Shown piece after piece: positions 11,486 through 23,660 of a stretch of 64,000 nt of DNA; position 1 is the first letter of the stretch; each line of letters begins with the position of its first letter. Location: NCBI GenBank assembly GCA_038087875.1, contig CM075995.1, positions 7,132,001-7,196,000 on the forward strand, written 5' to 3'. The notes under the pieces were generated by a model. The model made no database searches. It saw nothing but the letters and a program-made list of their open reading frames with translations, and was not told the origin of the DNA. This DNA is from Malacoraja senta. Taxonomy: Eukaryota. Position numbers and translations under genes: made by a program.

Positions 11486-14400
11486 TAGGTATGTTACAAT
11501 ACTTACCTTCAGCGGCGCTGCAATTCTGCCACTGGCCGTGTGCGCGATTTTGGCGCCTTTGAGGGGGGGGGGGGCGGGATTAAAACGCGGGTTTCTCCTA
11601 CCTTGTCCTGGATTATATTTCGTTGGAGTGCAAGCTTTTGCTGAAGAATCGTTCCGACGGGCGTTCTGTGTATTTTTTTTTTTTAATCGCCCGACAAGTT
11701 CAGCGCTGGAGTTATTTTAAAATCAGCTTCTAAAGCCGTCAACGCCAACAACGGGGACGGATTTCACGCACGGGACAGGTAAAGGAAAGCCGTTTATTTT
11801 ATGTATAAATGTTGATTGATTATACCTTTAATAATCCTTTGCAGGAAATTACAATGCCACGACAGCTTCAAGACAGACATAACACCACAAATAGCTTCCA
11901 TACTTAACAAGTTAAAATACAAGTTAAAATACAAGTTAAAATACAATTAATTTAAAAAAAGTGCAGTTATTTATGCGCATTATATAACCTTATCGTAGCT
12001 GGTAAACAGGACTTCCTATGTCTCTCCGTTTTGCACATTGGTGCAATCAGTCTCTGACTGAAGATGCTGCTCTTGATCACCTTCAGGGCATGGAGTGGGT
12101 GAGTGGGGTTGGTCATTATAGAACCCAGTTTATTCAGAGTTCTGGCCTCTGCCACCTGCTGGACCATTCGTTGCTCAGCCCCGACCACTGAGCCGGCCTT
12201 CCTGATCAGTTTGTCCAGTCTGTTTTTGTCCGCTATGCGGGCGCCATCTCCCCAACAGGCCACCGCAAAAAACAGAGCACTGGCCACCACTGAATGGTAG
12301 ACACTGCACAGTAGGGGTTGGCAGATGTTAAATGCCCTCAGCCTCCTTAAAAAATACAGTCGGCTTTGTCCCTTCCTGTACACCGCCTCCATATGACACT
12401 TCCAGTCCAGCTCACTGTCAAGCTGCACACCAAGGTACCTGTGGTTAGCGACCACCTCCACCTCAGTGCCCTTAATGGTGATTGGTGTTGCTTGAGTCCT
12501 CCTCCTCCCCCTCCTGAAGTCCACAACTATCTCCTTGGTTTTTGTGGTGTTAAGATGGAGGTTATTGAGTGCACTCCACTCCACAAAGTTACTTATTATG
12601 TCTCTATACTCCTCCTCATTGCCCCCTTTAATGAGGCCGACAACAGCTGTGTCATCCGAACATTTCTGCAAAAAGCAGCTGTTGGTGTTATATCGGAGAT
12701 CCGCTGTGTAGATGGTAAACAGGAATGGAGCCAGCACAGTTCCTTGTGGAGCCCCTGTGCTGCTCAAGATGGTGCTTGAGACATTGCTCTGTAGGCGCAC
12801 GTACTGTGGTCTGAGGGAAAGGTAATCCAAACACCACAGTACCAGTGATGGATCCACTTTCATCTTCTCCATCTTCTCCCCTAGCAGTCGGGGCTGAATT
12901 GTGTTGAAGGCGCTTGAAAAGTCAAAAAGCCGTAATCCTTACAGATGCATCAGTAGTGTCCAAATGTGTGTACACCCTCTGCAGCATGTAAATGAGGGCA
13001 TCATCGACACTGATGTTAGGCTGATATGCAAACTGTAAAGGATCCATTTGATTTGACACACTAGTCCTGATGCAGGAAAGGACAAGTCTCTCAAATGTCT
13101 TCATAATATGTGAAATGAGCGCTACTGGTCTGTAGTCATTGTGGTGAGTGGGATGGGTCTTCTTTGGACAGGTACCAGGCAAGATGTTTTCCACAGCCTT
13201 GAACTTCTGTAGACGCAAGCTCAGGTTGAACAGGTGTGTTTAGAATACCACACAGCTCTGAAGAGCAGGTCTTCAGTAGCCTTGGGCTGGTGTCATCAGG
13301 CCCCACTGCTTTCCTGGCTTCAGTCTGTCCAGCATCATCTTGACCTGAGCAGTATGAAGAGTCATAGGTGGGGCTGCTGTGAGTGGGAGGTGGAAAGAGG
13401 GGACTCCGTACAGGTGACATCTCAGGAGTGATGGGGATGATGGAGAGAGGGAGAGAGGTGGAGAGGAAGCAGCAATGGTCAGACAGACCAGGTGGTGGGG
13501 GGCTGGGGTGGTGTGGGGCAGTCAAATCTGTTGAAAAATCTGTTGAGATCATCAGCCAGACTCTGTTCACCATCAGGCAGTGTACCACCCTTCTGCTTCA
13601 TGCCCCGTGATCTTTCGCATTCCAGCCCATACCTGCTTCACCCCATCTTGCTGTAGCTGTCGTTCTAATTTGAGCCTATAGTCTTTCCTCCCCTCCTTAA
13701 TCCTCACCTTCAGTTCCTTTTGAAGTTCTTTGATTTTATTCCTGTCGCCCTCCCTGAAAGCCTTTTTCTTCTCATTTAGTACTGCTCCTTAAGATGCCTT
13801 TAATTCACATTTTAAATTGCGAAACGGTGATTTTTTCCCCCGAACGAACCGGCAGTATTTTTCATGCCGATACGGGTTTAAATTCACCGCACCGCAACGT
13901 TCCAAATGATCGCGTTCCAGAAAACCACACGCGCAAGATGATTTAAATGGCCATTAATTTACAGGTATTAAACATTAAATTCCTTCCATTTGGCCAATAA
14001 ATCCATGACAATGAGATTTAAAAATCATGTTATATGTGAATTCTTGTGTGAATGTTATTTGGACACTTAGGCTATTTAAAAATGTTAATCTATACTTAAG
14101 AAATTGATACATGTTTAGATCTAGTAATTGAATTTTGTAATTTGCTACAATTAGGTAACTAACTAATTATATGCTTTTATTTCTTGTCATCTAAGTAAGA
14201 TTGTTTCATATTTGTTTCAGAATGCTTCAATCTATAATAACTGAACATTTCTTCAGTTCTCTTAATTTTAAGAAAGTTATGGGCTTTTGACTGTCGATCA
14301 CAGCTTTTGTGTTAAGTCAATGGAAAAGCAATAGGGAACAAGATGCTAATTTCCGAGTAAGAAAATGGGCATAACTTTTTTAATACTGAAGATTTGAAAG

Positions 14401-14497
14401 TGAATTAGGTGTCAAATTAAACGTCTTTTTATGCTTTATCTGATGGGATAAATTACAGACTTGATTTTTAAAATCTCAACATTTTGTAACATTGCTA
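11486..14497 (+). mobile_element. Non-autonomous DNA transposon (hAT-like, 7-bp TSD) carrying a nested Rex1 LINE
   Basis: Termini TAGGTATGTTACAA / TTGTAACATTGCTA; TSD cagtcta; homologous to 39066-40101 and 59833-60873. Confidence 0.85.
11811..13782 (-). pseudogene. Rex1/Babar LINE, 5'-truncated, frameshifted RT
   Basis: NDYRPVAL.SHIMKTFERLVL..QFAYQ..GAPQGTVLAPFLF..SDDT..RLYFLRRLR..HPLH; (aatc)n tail. Confidence 0.9.
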
Positions 14498-14601
14498 CAG
14501 TCTAGGCCTGTGAGGCGTCTTCCTGTTCTCCACGGTTTTCCAAAGTCAGGTCTGTTCATTGTCTTCCGCATGACATAGTCAATCGTGACAATAAACAGCC
14601 A

Positions 14602-15441
14602 AGGGCCTGTCCCACTTTCACGACCTAATTCACGACCTCTGCCGAGTTTGCCCTTGACTCATACTCGCAGCATGGTCGTCACGAGGTCGTAGGAGGTCGT
14701 AGGTAGGTCGTAGCAGGCCGTGATGCTAGTCGTAGGTACTCGTGGCAATCAAGTTCCTACTTCCTGAGAAGATTACGGAGGTCGGTTTGGTCAAGGAGGA
14801 CTCTCTCTAACTTCTACAGGTGCACAGTAGAGAGCATGCTGACCGGTTGCATCGTGGCTTGGTTCGGCAACTTGAGCGCCCTGGAGAGGAAAAGACTGCA
14901 AAAAGTGATAAACACTGCCCAGTCCATCATCGGCTCTGACCTCCCTTCCATCGAGGGGATCTATCGCAGTCGCTGCTCAAAAAGGCTGGCAGTATCATCA
15001 AGGACCCACACCATCCTGGCCACACACTCATCTCCCCGCTACCTTCAGGTAGAAGGTACAGGAGCCTGAAGACTGCAACGTCCAGGTTCAGGAATAGCTG
15101 CTTCCCCACAGCCATCAGCTATTAAACTTGCTCGGACAAAACTCTGAACATTAATAGCCCATTATCTGTTTATTTGCACTTTATTCAGTTTATTTATTCA
15201 TGTGTGTATATATTTATATAATGGTATATGGACACACTGATAGTTCCGTAGTCAATGCCGACTATGTTCTGTTGTGCTGAAGCAAAGCAAGAATTTCATT
15301 GTCCTATCAGGGACACATGACAATAAACTCTCTTGAATCTCTTGAATCTCTTGAAGTATGTCGGGGCGTTTTCTAGCATGATGAAAAAATTGTCCACGAG
15401 TAAAAAGGTCGTGAATTAGGTCGTGAAAGTGGACAGGCCCT
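14602..15441. mobile_element. PIF/Harbinger-type MITE with a nested Rex1 fragment
   Basis: TIRs AGGGCCTGTCCCACTTTCACGACCTAATTCACGACC / GGTCGTGAATTAGGTCGTGAAAGTGGACAGGCCCT. Confidence 0.8.
14752..15354 (+). pseudogene. Rex1/Babar LINE 3' fragment
   Basis: YFLRRLR..FYRCTVESMLTGCIVAWFGN..RKRLQKVINTAQSIIG; tail gacacatgacaataaa(ctcttgaat)n. Confidence 0.85.
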
Positions 15442-15819
15442 TAAGGGGGGTGGATGGCAACCCTGTCTTACCCCTGTGACAATGTCAAAGAATTCTGTGT
15501 TTCCCTGAATCAACCGACGCAGCAACTGGATCCCTCGTAAAGGTGCTTGAAGATGTTGACGAAAGCCTCTGGGATGCCGTACACTTTTAAGAATTCGCCA
15601 CAGGGTGTCTCTATGTACACTATCGAATGCCAGGCATAGCTCTACAACATTTCGTAACACTAAGATCTGTTCGCTGCAGGTTCTTCCCATGCGGTGTCCT
15701 GCTTGTTCATCACGGAGCTTCATATCCAGAGCTGCTGTAAGACGATGTAGCAGTACAGAACAAAGCACTTTTCCTGGGACTGAGAGCAACGTGATCCCTC
15801 TCCAGTTGCCACAGTCAGT

Positions 15820-17061
15820 AATGAATGAATGAATAAGTTTATTGGCCAAGTATTCACATACAAGGAATTTGCCTTGGTGCTCCGCCCGCAAGTGGCAACA
15901 TGACATACAGTGACAGTTAGGAACGACACATAAAACATTAAACATTACTAATAAAAAACATTATTGATTAAACATGTGAATTAAATAAAATACCAGAGCA
16001 AAAGGAGGTTACAGATTTTTGGTTATTGATTAGAGCTACTACTCGTGGAAAAAAAGCTGATTTTATATCTGGCTGTGGCAGCTTTGACAATCCGGAGTCG
16101 CCTTCCAGGGGCAAGTGATTCAAATAGTTTGTGGCCAGGGTGAGAGGGGTCAGAGATGATCTTGCCCGCTCGCTTCCTGGCCCTTGCAGTGTACAGTTCA
16201 TCAATGGAGGGAAGGTTGCAGCCAATAACCTTCTCAGCTGATCGGACAATTCGCTGCAGCCTCCGGATGTCGTGCTTGGTGGCTGAGCCATAGAAACATA
16301 GAAACATAGAAAATAGGTGCAGGAGGAGGCCATTTGGCCCTTTGAGCCAGCACCGCCATTCATTGTGATCATGGCTGATCGTCCCCAATCAATAACTCGT
16401 GCCTGCCTTCTCCCCATATCCCTTGATTCCACTAGCCCCCTAGAGCTCCATCTAACTCTCTCTTAAATCCATCCAGTGACTTGGCCTGCACTGCCCTCTA
16501 TGGCAGGGAATTCCACAAATTCACAACTCTCTGGGTGAAAAAGGGTTTTTCTCACCCCAGTCTTAAATGGCTTCCCCTTTATTCTAAGATTGTGGCCCCT
16601 GGTTCTGGAGACTGGAGCCAAACCAGACCATGATGGAGAAGGTGAGGACAGATTCTACGATGGCCGTATAGAATTGGACCATTATTGCCTGTGGCAGATT
16701 GTGCTTCCTCAGCTGCCGCAGGAAGTACATCCTCTGTTGTGCCTTTTTGACTGTGGAGTCGATGGTGGCCCCCCACTTAAGGTTCTTGGAGATGATGGTT
16801 CCCAGGAACTTAAAAGACTCCACAGATGTGACTGTGGTGTTGTTGATGGTGAGTGGGGTGAGGGGAGGGGGAGCTCTCCTAAAGTCCACTATCAATTCCA
16901 CTGTCTTAAGAGCATTGAGCTCCAGGTTGTTGCGATGGCACCAGGACGCCAGCTGTGTCACTTCCTGTCTGTAGGCAGATTCCTCCCCATCCTGGATCAG
17001 TCCGATCAGGGTTGTGTGATCCGCAAACTTGAGAAGCTTGACAGAGGTGTCTGTGGAGGTG
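15820..17061 (-). pseudogene. Rex1/Babar LINE 3' part, interrupted by CR1 at ~16290-16611
   Basis: SVKLLKFADHTT..LNALKTVELIVDFRR..FKFLGT..AQQRMYFLRQL..; (attc)n tail. Confidence 0.9.
16290..16611 (-). mobile_element. CR1/HER1 3' fragment nested in Rex1
   Basis: SRTRGH.LRIK..RVVNLWNSLP; (tttctatg)n tail; the Rex1 sequence ggctgagcca|aaccag resumes after it. Confidence 0.88.
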
Positions 17062-17529
17062 CAGAACCCCTTTATTTGGCAATTTCACTATCACTCCTTT
17101 CCTCCAATCTTCTGGTACACGTTTTTCTTCCCAGCATGCTGTTACATAGCTTCGTGAGTTTCCCCCTCAACGATTCCCCTCCGCTCTTTAGTAGTTCTGC
17201 TGGAATCTGGAAACTCGAATAAAACACGGAATGAATGTTTTGGAGATACGAAAGCACATCGTTTTAAAGGAGATACGAGAAACTGCAGATGCGGGAATCT
17301 TAAACAAAGCACGCCGTTCTGGAGTAACTCAATGGGTCAGTCAGCGTCTGTGAAGGGAATGGACAGGCGATGTTTCGGGTCGGGACCCTTCCTCACACCC
17401 ATTGTAGTAGGGGAAAGAAAGCTGGAAAAGAGATGAGGGTAGGACAAAGCCAGGCAAAGTGATAGCTGGAAGATAGACACAAAATGCCGGAGTAACTCAG
17501 CGGGTCAGGCAGCATCTCTGGACAGAAGG

Positions 17530-17850
17530 AATAGACAATAGACAATAGGTGCAGTAGTAGGCCATTCGGCCCTTCGAACAAGCACCAATGTGATCATGGC
17601 TGATCATCCACAATCAGTACCCCGTTCCTGCCTTCTCCCCATATCCCCTGACTCCGCTATTTTTAAGAGCCCTATCTAGCTCCCTCTTGAAAGCATCCAG
17701 AGAACCCGCCTCCACCGCCCTCTGAGGCGGAGAATTCCACAGACTCACCACTCTCTGTGAGAAAAAGTGTTTCTTCGTCTCCGTTCTAAATGGCTTACCC
17801 CTTATTCTTAAACTGTGGCCCCTGGTTCTGGACTCCCCCCCAACATCAGG
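17530..17850 (-). mobile_element. CR1/HER1 3' fragment inside a Penelope terminal-repeat copy
   Basis: ESRTRGHSLRIRGKPFRTE..GYGEKAGTGY. Confidence 0.85.
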
Positions 17851-18602
17851 AACATCGGGAATAGGTGACGTTTCGGGTCGAGACCCTTCTTCAGTGAGAG
17901 TCAGGGGAGAGGGAAACGAGAGATCTAGATGGTACTTAGGACAAATGAATGGATGATATGCCACAAAAGACGTTTTCAAGAGAGATTTAAATTTGGCTCT
18001 CAGGGCTAATGGAATCAGTGGATATGGGGAGAAGGCTGGAACAGGGGGAACTGATTGTGGATGATCAGCCATGATCATATTGAATGGCGGTGCTGGCTCG
18101 AAGGGCCGAGTGGCCTACTCCTGCACCTTTTGTCTATTGTATCTATGTTTCACTGATATGCAGAAAGCAACGACAACCAAGGAAATGTGGAGCCCACAAT
18201 GGTCCAGTGTTGACTGTGGGATAGTGGAACTGAACAGGACGACAGTGAAACTAGTACGATGAAGCGGAGGATGGTGGTGAGGGGGGTTTAACTGGCGGAT
18301 GGGTGGACAAAGGCTAGAGATGAGAAGGAGGCAAAAGGGTCTCAGATAAGGAGAGAAGTGTAGTCAAGTCCGAGGGAGGGCTGTGGGTGGAAGGAGACAG
18401 AGAAGGGGCAAGAGGAAAAGAGAGGTGCAGCATTGGGGGAGAATGTGTGCGCACTGGGATAAAGAGGGAATAGAGGGACGGCACGGTGGCGCAGCGGTAG
18501 AGTCGCTGCCTTACAGCGTCAGAGACCCGGGTTCCATCCCGACCACAGGTGCTGTCTATACGGAGTTTGTACGTTCTCCCCGTGACCGTCCCCGCGGCCA
18601 CT

Positions 18603-19447
18603 AGGGGCGCCGCCGCATTGATGGCAGCCTCTGCCTACAGTCTGTCTGTTTTTCTGTCTTTTAAAAATTTTTAGTCAGTTTTAAAAGTTTGTTTTGGAGA
18701 TTTCTTTAGCTTTTCTATGTGGGGGAGGGGGGGAGGGTAAAGGGGAAACCGTTTCTCAGTCACTTCCTGGCGAGGACGCGACTATTCTCCGAGTCGCGTC
18801 CTTGCCCCCCCTCCTCGCGGCCTACCACCTGGATTGGAGCGGCCTTTCCTGCCGGGGACCCGGACCAGAGCTTCAGCAGCAGCGGAGCAGCGCTGGATTC
18901 ATCGCGGAGCGGGCGATGCCTTACCTGGATCGCCGTTGAAGCTCCGGAGTGTTGGGCATGCTGCTTCAACATCGCGGAGCTGTGGTTCGTAGAGCTCCCA
19001 GCGCGGGCGGCGCTGACTTCAACATCGCGGAGTCCTGGGGCCCTTTGCCGAGGGCCGCCAGCGTGGAATTTCCACCCAGCGCGGCCTGCGGACTTCGGGA
19101 GCCGCGGACTCCGGTAGGAGGTGGCCGATTCGGATGTCCAAGCCGCTGAGGATGTCCTCCAGTCCCGACGTCGGACTTCCATCACCCCGGCGAGCGGGCC
19201 TGAACATCGGGCCGCCCGTAACGGCGACAGCGAGGGGTTCGGGAGCCCCCCGGACCACGGGAGGACAACAGAGGAGGATGACTGAATTTTGGAACCTTCC
19301 CTCACAGTGGGAAACTTTGATCCTGCTGTGTGGGGATGCCTGTATTAAAGACTATCGTGTTCTGTGCTCTTTATTACTGTATGGTGACCACACATTTCAC
19401 TGTACCAACTGGTACATGTGACAAATAAAGGTTTCTTGAAATCTTGA
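18603..19447 (+). mobile_element. CpG-rich non-coding retroposon, apparently full length, Rex1-type tail
   Basis: GC-rich body without RT similarity; hairpin at 19294-19338; tail ttcactgtaccaactggtacatgtgacaaataaa..(tcttgaaa)n. Confidence 0.6.
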
Positions 19448-19469
19448 CCCCGTGGGTTTACTCACAGTT

Positions 19470-19875
19470 AGACAATAGACAATAGGTGCAGGAGTAGGCC
19501 ATTCGGCCCTTCGAGCCAGCACCGCCATTCAATGTGATCATGGCTGATCATCCCCAATCAGTACCCCGTTCCTGCCTTCTCCCCATATCCCCTGACTCTG
19601 CTATCTTTAAGAGCCCTATCTAGCTCTCTCTTGAAAGTATCCAGAGAACCGGCCTCCACCGCCCTCTGAGGCAGAGAATTCCACAGACTCACAACCCTCT
19701 GTGTGAAAAAGTTTTTTCCTCATCTCCGTTCTAAATGGCTTACCCCTTATTCTTAAACTGTGGGCCCTGGTTCTGGACTCCCCCAACATCGGAAACATGT
19801 TTCCTGCCTCTAGCGTGTCCAAACCCTTAATAATCTTATATGTTTCAATAAGATATCCTCTCATCCTCCTAAAAC
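19470..19875 (-). mobile_element. CR1/HER1 3' fragment (duplicated at ~21060-21465)
   Basis: FRRMRGYLIETYKIIKGLDTLEAGNMFPMLGESRTRAHSL. Confidence 0.88.
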
Positions 19876-20313
19876 CTTCAGTTTCCTCCCGCAAAGACGT
19901 ACAGGTTCGGAGGTTAATTGGCTGGGTGAAATTGTAAATTGTCCCTCGCGTTGGTGGTCGTGCATTCGTCTGTGGGTTACAGGAAAAACATCAATCCTAT
20001 CATTCTGGTAAACCATCTCTGGAACCCTCTCCAACGCCAGCACATCCTTCCTCGGATATGGGGCCCAAAACTGCTCACATCTCCTAATGGTTGTATAGAC
20101 TTTACAGTATCTCCCGATTACTCATTGTTCCCGGAATTGACGGATGTTCCAAGTTTCCAACATTTTTATTTAATCTGTCCCAAGAGAGTACTATATTGTC
20201 AGCAAGTGTAGATGGTTGTACCATGTTGCTGAGTTGCAATCTGGAGTCCTGAGCTATGAGTAATTAATTACCGCAAGCTGAGTATACAGTATTCTTCAAC
20301 CAATATCAATCAT

Positions 20314-20612
20314 GGGCGGCACGGTGGCGCAGCGGTAGGGATTACTGCCTTACAGCGCCACAGACATGGGTTCGATCCTGACTGCGGGCTCTGTGTGTAT
20401 GGAGTTTGTACGTTCTCCCCCGTGACCTGCGTGGGTTTTCGCCGGGGGGCTCCGGTTTCCTCCCAAACTCCAAAGACCGACAGGTTTGTATGTTAATTGG
20501 CTTTGGTATCAAAATCGTAACTTGTCCCTAGCGTGTAGGATAGTGGTGGTATTTATGGGGTGATCGTCGGTTGGCGCGGACTCGGTAGGCCGAAGGGCCT
20601 GTTTCTGCTCTG
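20314..20612 (+). mobile_element. HE1-like V-SINE, full length
   Basis: gggcggcacggtggcgcagcgg head, B box, V-domain, tail. Confidence 0.88.
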
Positions 20613-20656
20613 CATCCCCAAAGCAAGGAAAGGAAACCGCATTTGCTGTTTTTCCG

Positions 20657-21560
20657 CCCAGCGCGGCCTGCGGACTTCGGGAGCCGCGGACTCAGGTAGG
20701 AGGTGGCCGATTCGGATGTCCAAGCCGCTGAGGATGTCCTCCAATCCCGACGTCGGACTTCCATCACCCCGGCGAGCGGGACTGAACATCGGGCCGCCCG
20801 TAACGGCGACGGCGAGGGGTTCGGGAGCCCCCCCCGACCACGGGAGGACAACAGAGGAGGATGACTGAATTTTGGAACCTTCCCTCACAGTGGGAAACTT
20901 TGATCCTGCTGTGTGGGGATGTCTGTGTTAAAGACTATCGTGTTCTGTGCTCTTTATTACTCGTATGGCTGTATGGTGACCACACATTTCACTGTACCAA
21001 TTGGTACATGTGACAATAAATGTATCTTGAAATCTTGACCCCATGGGTTTTCTCACAGTTAGACAATAGACAATAGGTGCAGGAGTAGGCCATTCGGCCC
21101 TTCGAGCCAGCACCGCCATTCAATGTGATCATGGCTGATCATCCCCAATCAGTACCCCGTTCCTGCCTTCTCCCCATATCCACTGACTCCGCTATCTTCA
21201 AGAGCCCTATCTAGCTCTCTCTTGAAAGTATCCAGAGAACCGGCCTCCACCGCCCTCTGAGGCAGAGAATTCCACAGATTCACAACTCTCTGTGTGAAAA
21301 AGTGTTTCCTCATCTCTGTTCTAAATGGCTTACCCCTTATTCTTAAACTGTGGGCCCTGGTTCTGGACTCCCCCAACATCGGAAACATGTTTCCTGCCTC
21401 TAGCGTGTCCAAACCCTTAATAATCTTATATGTTTCAATAAGATATCCTCTCATCCTCCTAAAACCTTCAGTTTCCTCCCGCAAAGACGTACAGGTCCCG
21501 AAGGGCCCGTTTCCGCTCTGCATCCTCAAAGCAAGGAAAGGAAACCGCATTTGCTGTTTT
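20657..21560 (+). repeat. Second copy of a local tandem duplication of ~19075-20652, with an internal deletion
   Basis: 20657-21496 matches 19075-19905 across several TE junctions; 21499-21560 matches 20590-20652. Confidence 0.9.
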
Positions 21561-22172
21561 TAATTGCAGTTCTCCATAAGACTGGTCATTTTAGTCGAGA
21601 ACCAAAATGGCAGCTTGGCAGGATGAAGTCTGTCTGAAGAAGGGTCTCGACACGGACGTCATCCATTCCTTCTCTCCAGAGATGCTGCCTGGCCCGCTGA
21701 GTTACTCCAGCTTTTTTGTGTCTATCTTCATGTAGAAAGGAAGTACAGATAATAATAATAAAAATAAATAATAATACACTTTATTGTCATTGTAAATACA
21801 TAGAGACATAGAAAATAGGTGGCCATTCGGCCCTTCGATCCAGCACCGCCTTTCATTGTGATCATTGGCTGATCGTCCCCTATCAATAACCCGTGCCTGC
21901 CTTCTCCCCATATCCCTTGACTCCACTAGCCCCTAGAGCTCTATCTAACTCTCTCTTAAATCCATCCAGTGACTTGGCCTCCACTGCCCTCTGTGGCAGG
22001 GAATTCCACAAATTCGCAACTCTCTGGGTGAAAAAGTTTTTTCTCACCTCAGTCTTAAATGGCTTCCCCTTTATTCTAAGACTGTGGCCCCTGGTTCTGG
22101 ACTCGCCCAACATTGGGAACATTTTTCCTGCATCTAGCTTGTCCAGTCCTTTTATAATTTTATATCTTTCTA

Positions 22173-22317
22173 TCTTCTTCTTCTTCTTGCGTGTGGCGTG
22201 CCCAGCCTAAAGTTGTAGGACAACTTGTTCCATTTGATCTTATTTGATTGTGCACGCCGGGTTGATTACATTCGTCGAAACAGGGCGGACCAGGTGAAGG
22301 TTGCAATCTCCCACCCC
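22173..22317 (-). mobile_element. ~145-nt non-tRNA SINE-like retroposon with (GAA)n tail, possibly Ingi/Vingi-related
   Basis: TSD atat(c/g)tttcta (22162-22172 / 22318-22328); second copy at 34760-35128. Confidence 0.85.
22264..22317 (-). ncRNA. Predicted minimal HDV/CPEB3-like ribozyme
   Basis: P1 GGGGUGG/CCGCCCU with G1-U wobble, P2 GAUUGCA/UGUAAUC, P3 ACC/GGU, L3 UUCACCU, then GU-UUCG-A and J4/2 CGAA; G1 is the first base of the element. Confidence 0.75.
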
Positions 22318-22497
22318 ATATGTTTCTATAAGATCCCCCCTCGTGTGTATTCAGTGCAGAGTTCAGTGTGGTGATGGCCTTGGGGTAGAAACTGTTTGTT
22401 CATCTTGTGGTGTGTGATTTGATGGACATGTAACGCTTTCCTGAGGGCAGATGGGCAAACAAATGATGTGAGGGATGAGATGAGTCCTTTAGGATCT

Positions 22498-23660
22498 GTA
22501 GGTAGACAAAAAATGCTGGAGAAACTCAGTGGGTGAGGCAGCATCTATGGAGCGAAGGAATTGGTGACGTTTGGGTCGAGACCCTTCTTCAGACTGATGT
22601 CGGGGGGGGGGGGAGGTGGGAAAAAGAAAGGAAGAGGCGGAGACAGTGGGCTGCGGGAGAGCTGGGAAGGGGAGGGGAAGGAGGGAGAAAGCAAGGACTA
22701 CCTGAAATTGGAGAAGTCAATGTTCATACCGCTGGGGTGTAGACTACCCAAGTGAAATATGAGGTGCTGCTCTTCCAATTTGCGGTGGGACTCACTCTGG
22801 CCATGGAGGAGGCCCAGGACAGAAAGGTTGGATTCGGAATGGAAGGGGGTGTTGAAGTGCTGAGCCACCGGGAGATCAGGTTGGTTATTGCGAACTGAGC
22901 GGAGGTGTTGGGCGAAGCGATCGCCGAGCCTGCGTTTGTTCTCACCGATGTAGAGCAGTTGACACCTAGAGCAGCGGATGCAATAGATGAGGTTGGAGGA
23001 GGTGCAAGTGAACCCTTGGATGGAGTCGAGGGGGGTAAAGCGACCAGTGTAGCATTTCCTCCGGTTGCAAGGGAAAGTACCAGGGGAGGGGGTGGTTTGG
23101 GTGGGAAGGGAAGAATTGACCAAGGGGTTACGGAGGGAACGGTCTCTGCTGAATGCCGAAAGGGGAGGAGATGGGAAGATGTGGCCAGTGGTGGGATCCC
23201 GCTGGAGGTGTCGAAAATGTCGGAGGATTATCTGTTGTATGTGACGGCTGGTGGGGTGGAAGGTGAGGACAAGGTAGGCTCTATCCTTGTTACGAGTGGG
23301 GGGATGGGGAGTGAGAGCGGAGCTCCGGAATATCGAGGAGACCCTGGTGAGAGCCTCATCTATAGTCAAAGAGAGGAACCCCCATTCCTTAAAGAATGAG
23401 GACATCTCCGATGCCCTGGTTTGGAACACCTCATCCTGGGTGCAGATGTGGCGTAGACGGAGGAAATGGGAGTAGAGGATGGAGTCCTTACAGGAAGCAG
23501 GGTGGGAAGAAGTGCAGTCCATATAGCCATGGGAGTCAGTGGGTTTATAGTAGATGTCAGTCAGTAGTCTGTTACCTGCGATGGAGATAGTGAGGTCTAG
23601 AATCGGTTGGGAGATGTCGGAAATGGTCCAGGTGAATTTGAGTGCCGGATGGAAGTTTGG
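22498..23660 (-). mobile_element. Penelope-like element, 5'-truncated: RT thumb plus GIY-YIG endonuclease (ORF ~22698-23660) and terminal repeat
   Basis: HPALKFT..LDL..TDIYYKPT..SSHP..RLRHIC; CTSSNLIYCIRCSRCQLLYIGE.KRRL..RF.QH..PVAQHF..GMN. Confidence 0.95.

Larger units (their letters stand above)
10695..17215 (-). mobile_element. RTE-clade LINE relic split by three insertions (pieces ~10695-11485, 14498-14600, 15442-15819, 17062-17215)
   Basis: Rejoined pieces give IPAELLK..KLPNKG|TDCGNWRGITLLSVPGKV..AFDSV..GVRQGC|LFIVTIDYVM..LD|CADD..TYLGS..INSRIGKA..LYASETW..QQRCLRKLL. Confidence 0.9.
21800..22335 (-). mobile_element. CR1/HER1 3' fragment hosting the 145-nt retroposon
   Basis: MFPMLGESRTRGHSLRIKGKPFKTEVRKNFFTQRV. 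Confidence 0.88.

Noticed and set aside
18719..19305. Long Arg/Ala/Gly-rich ORFs (also 772-1425, 23870-24308, 61339-61650)
   Set aside because: Stop-poor GC-rich repeat bodies, open in several frames, with no recognisable domain.
20314..20390. tRNA genes at A/B-box motifs
   Set aside because: They continue into the V-domain and LINE-like tail, so they are SINE heads.
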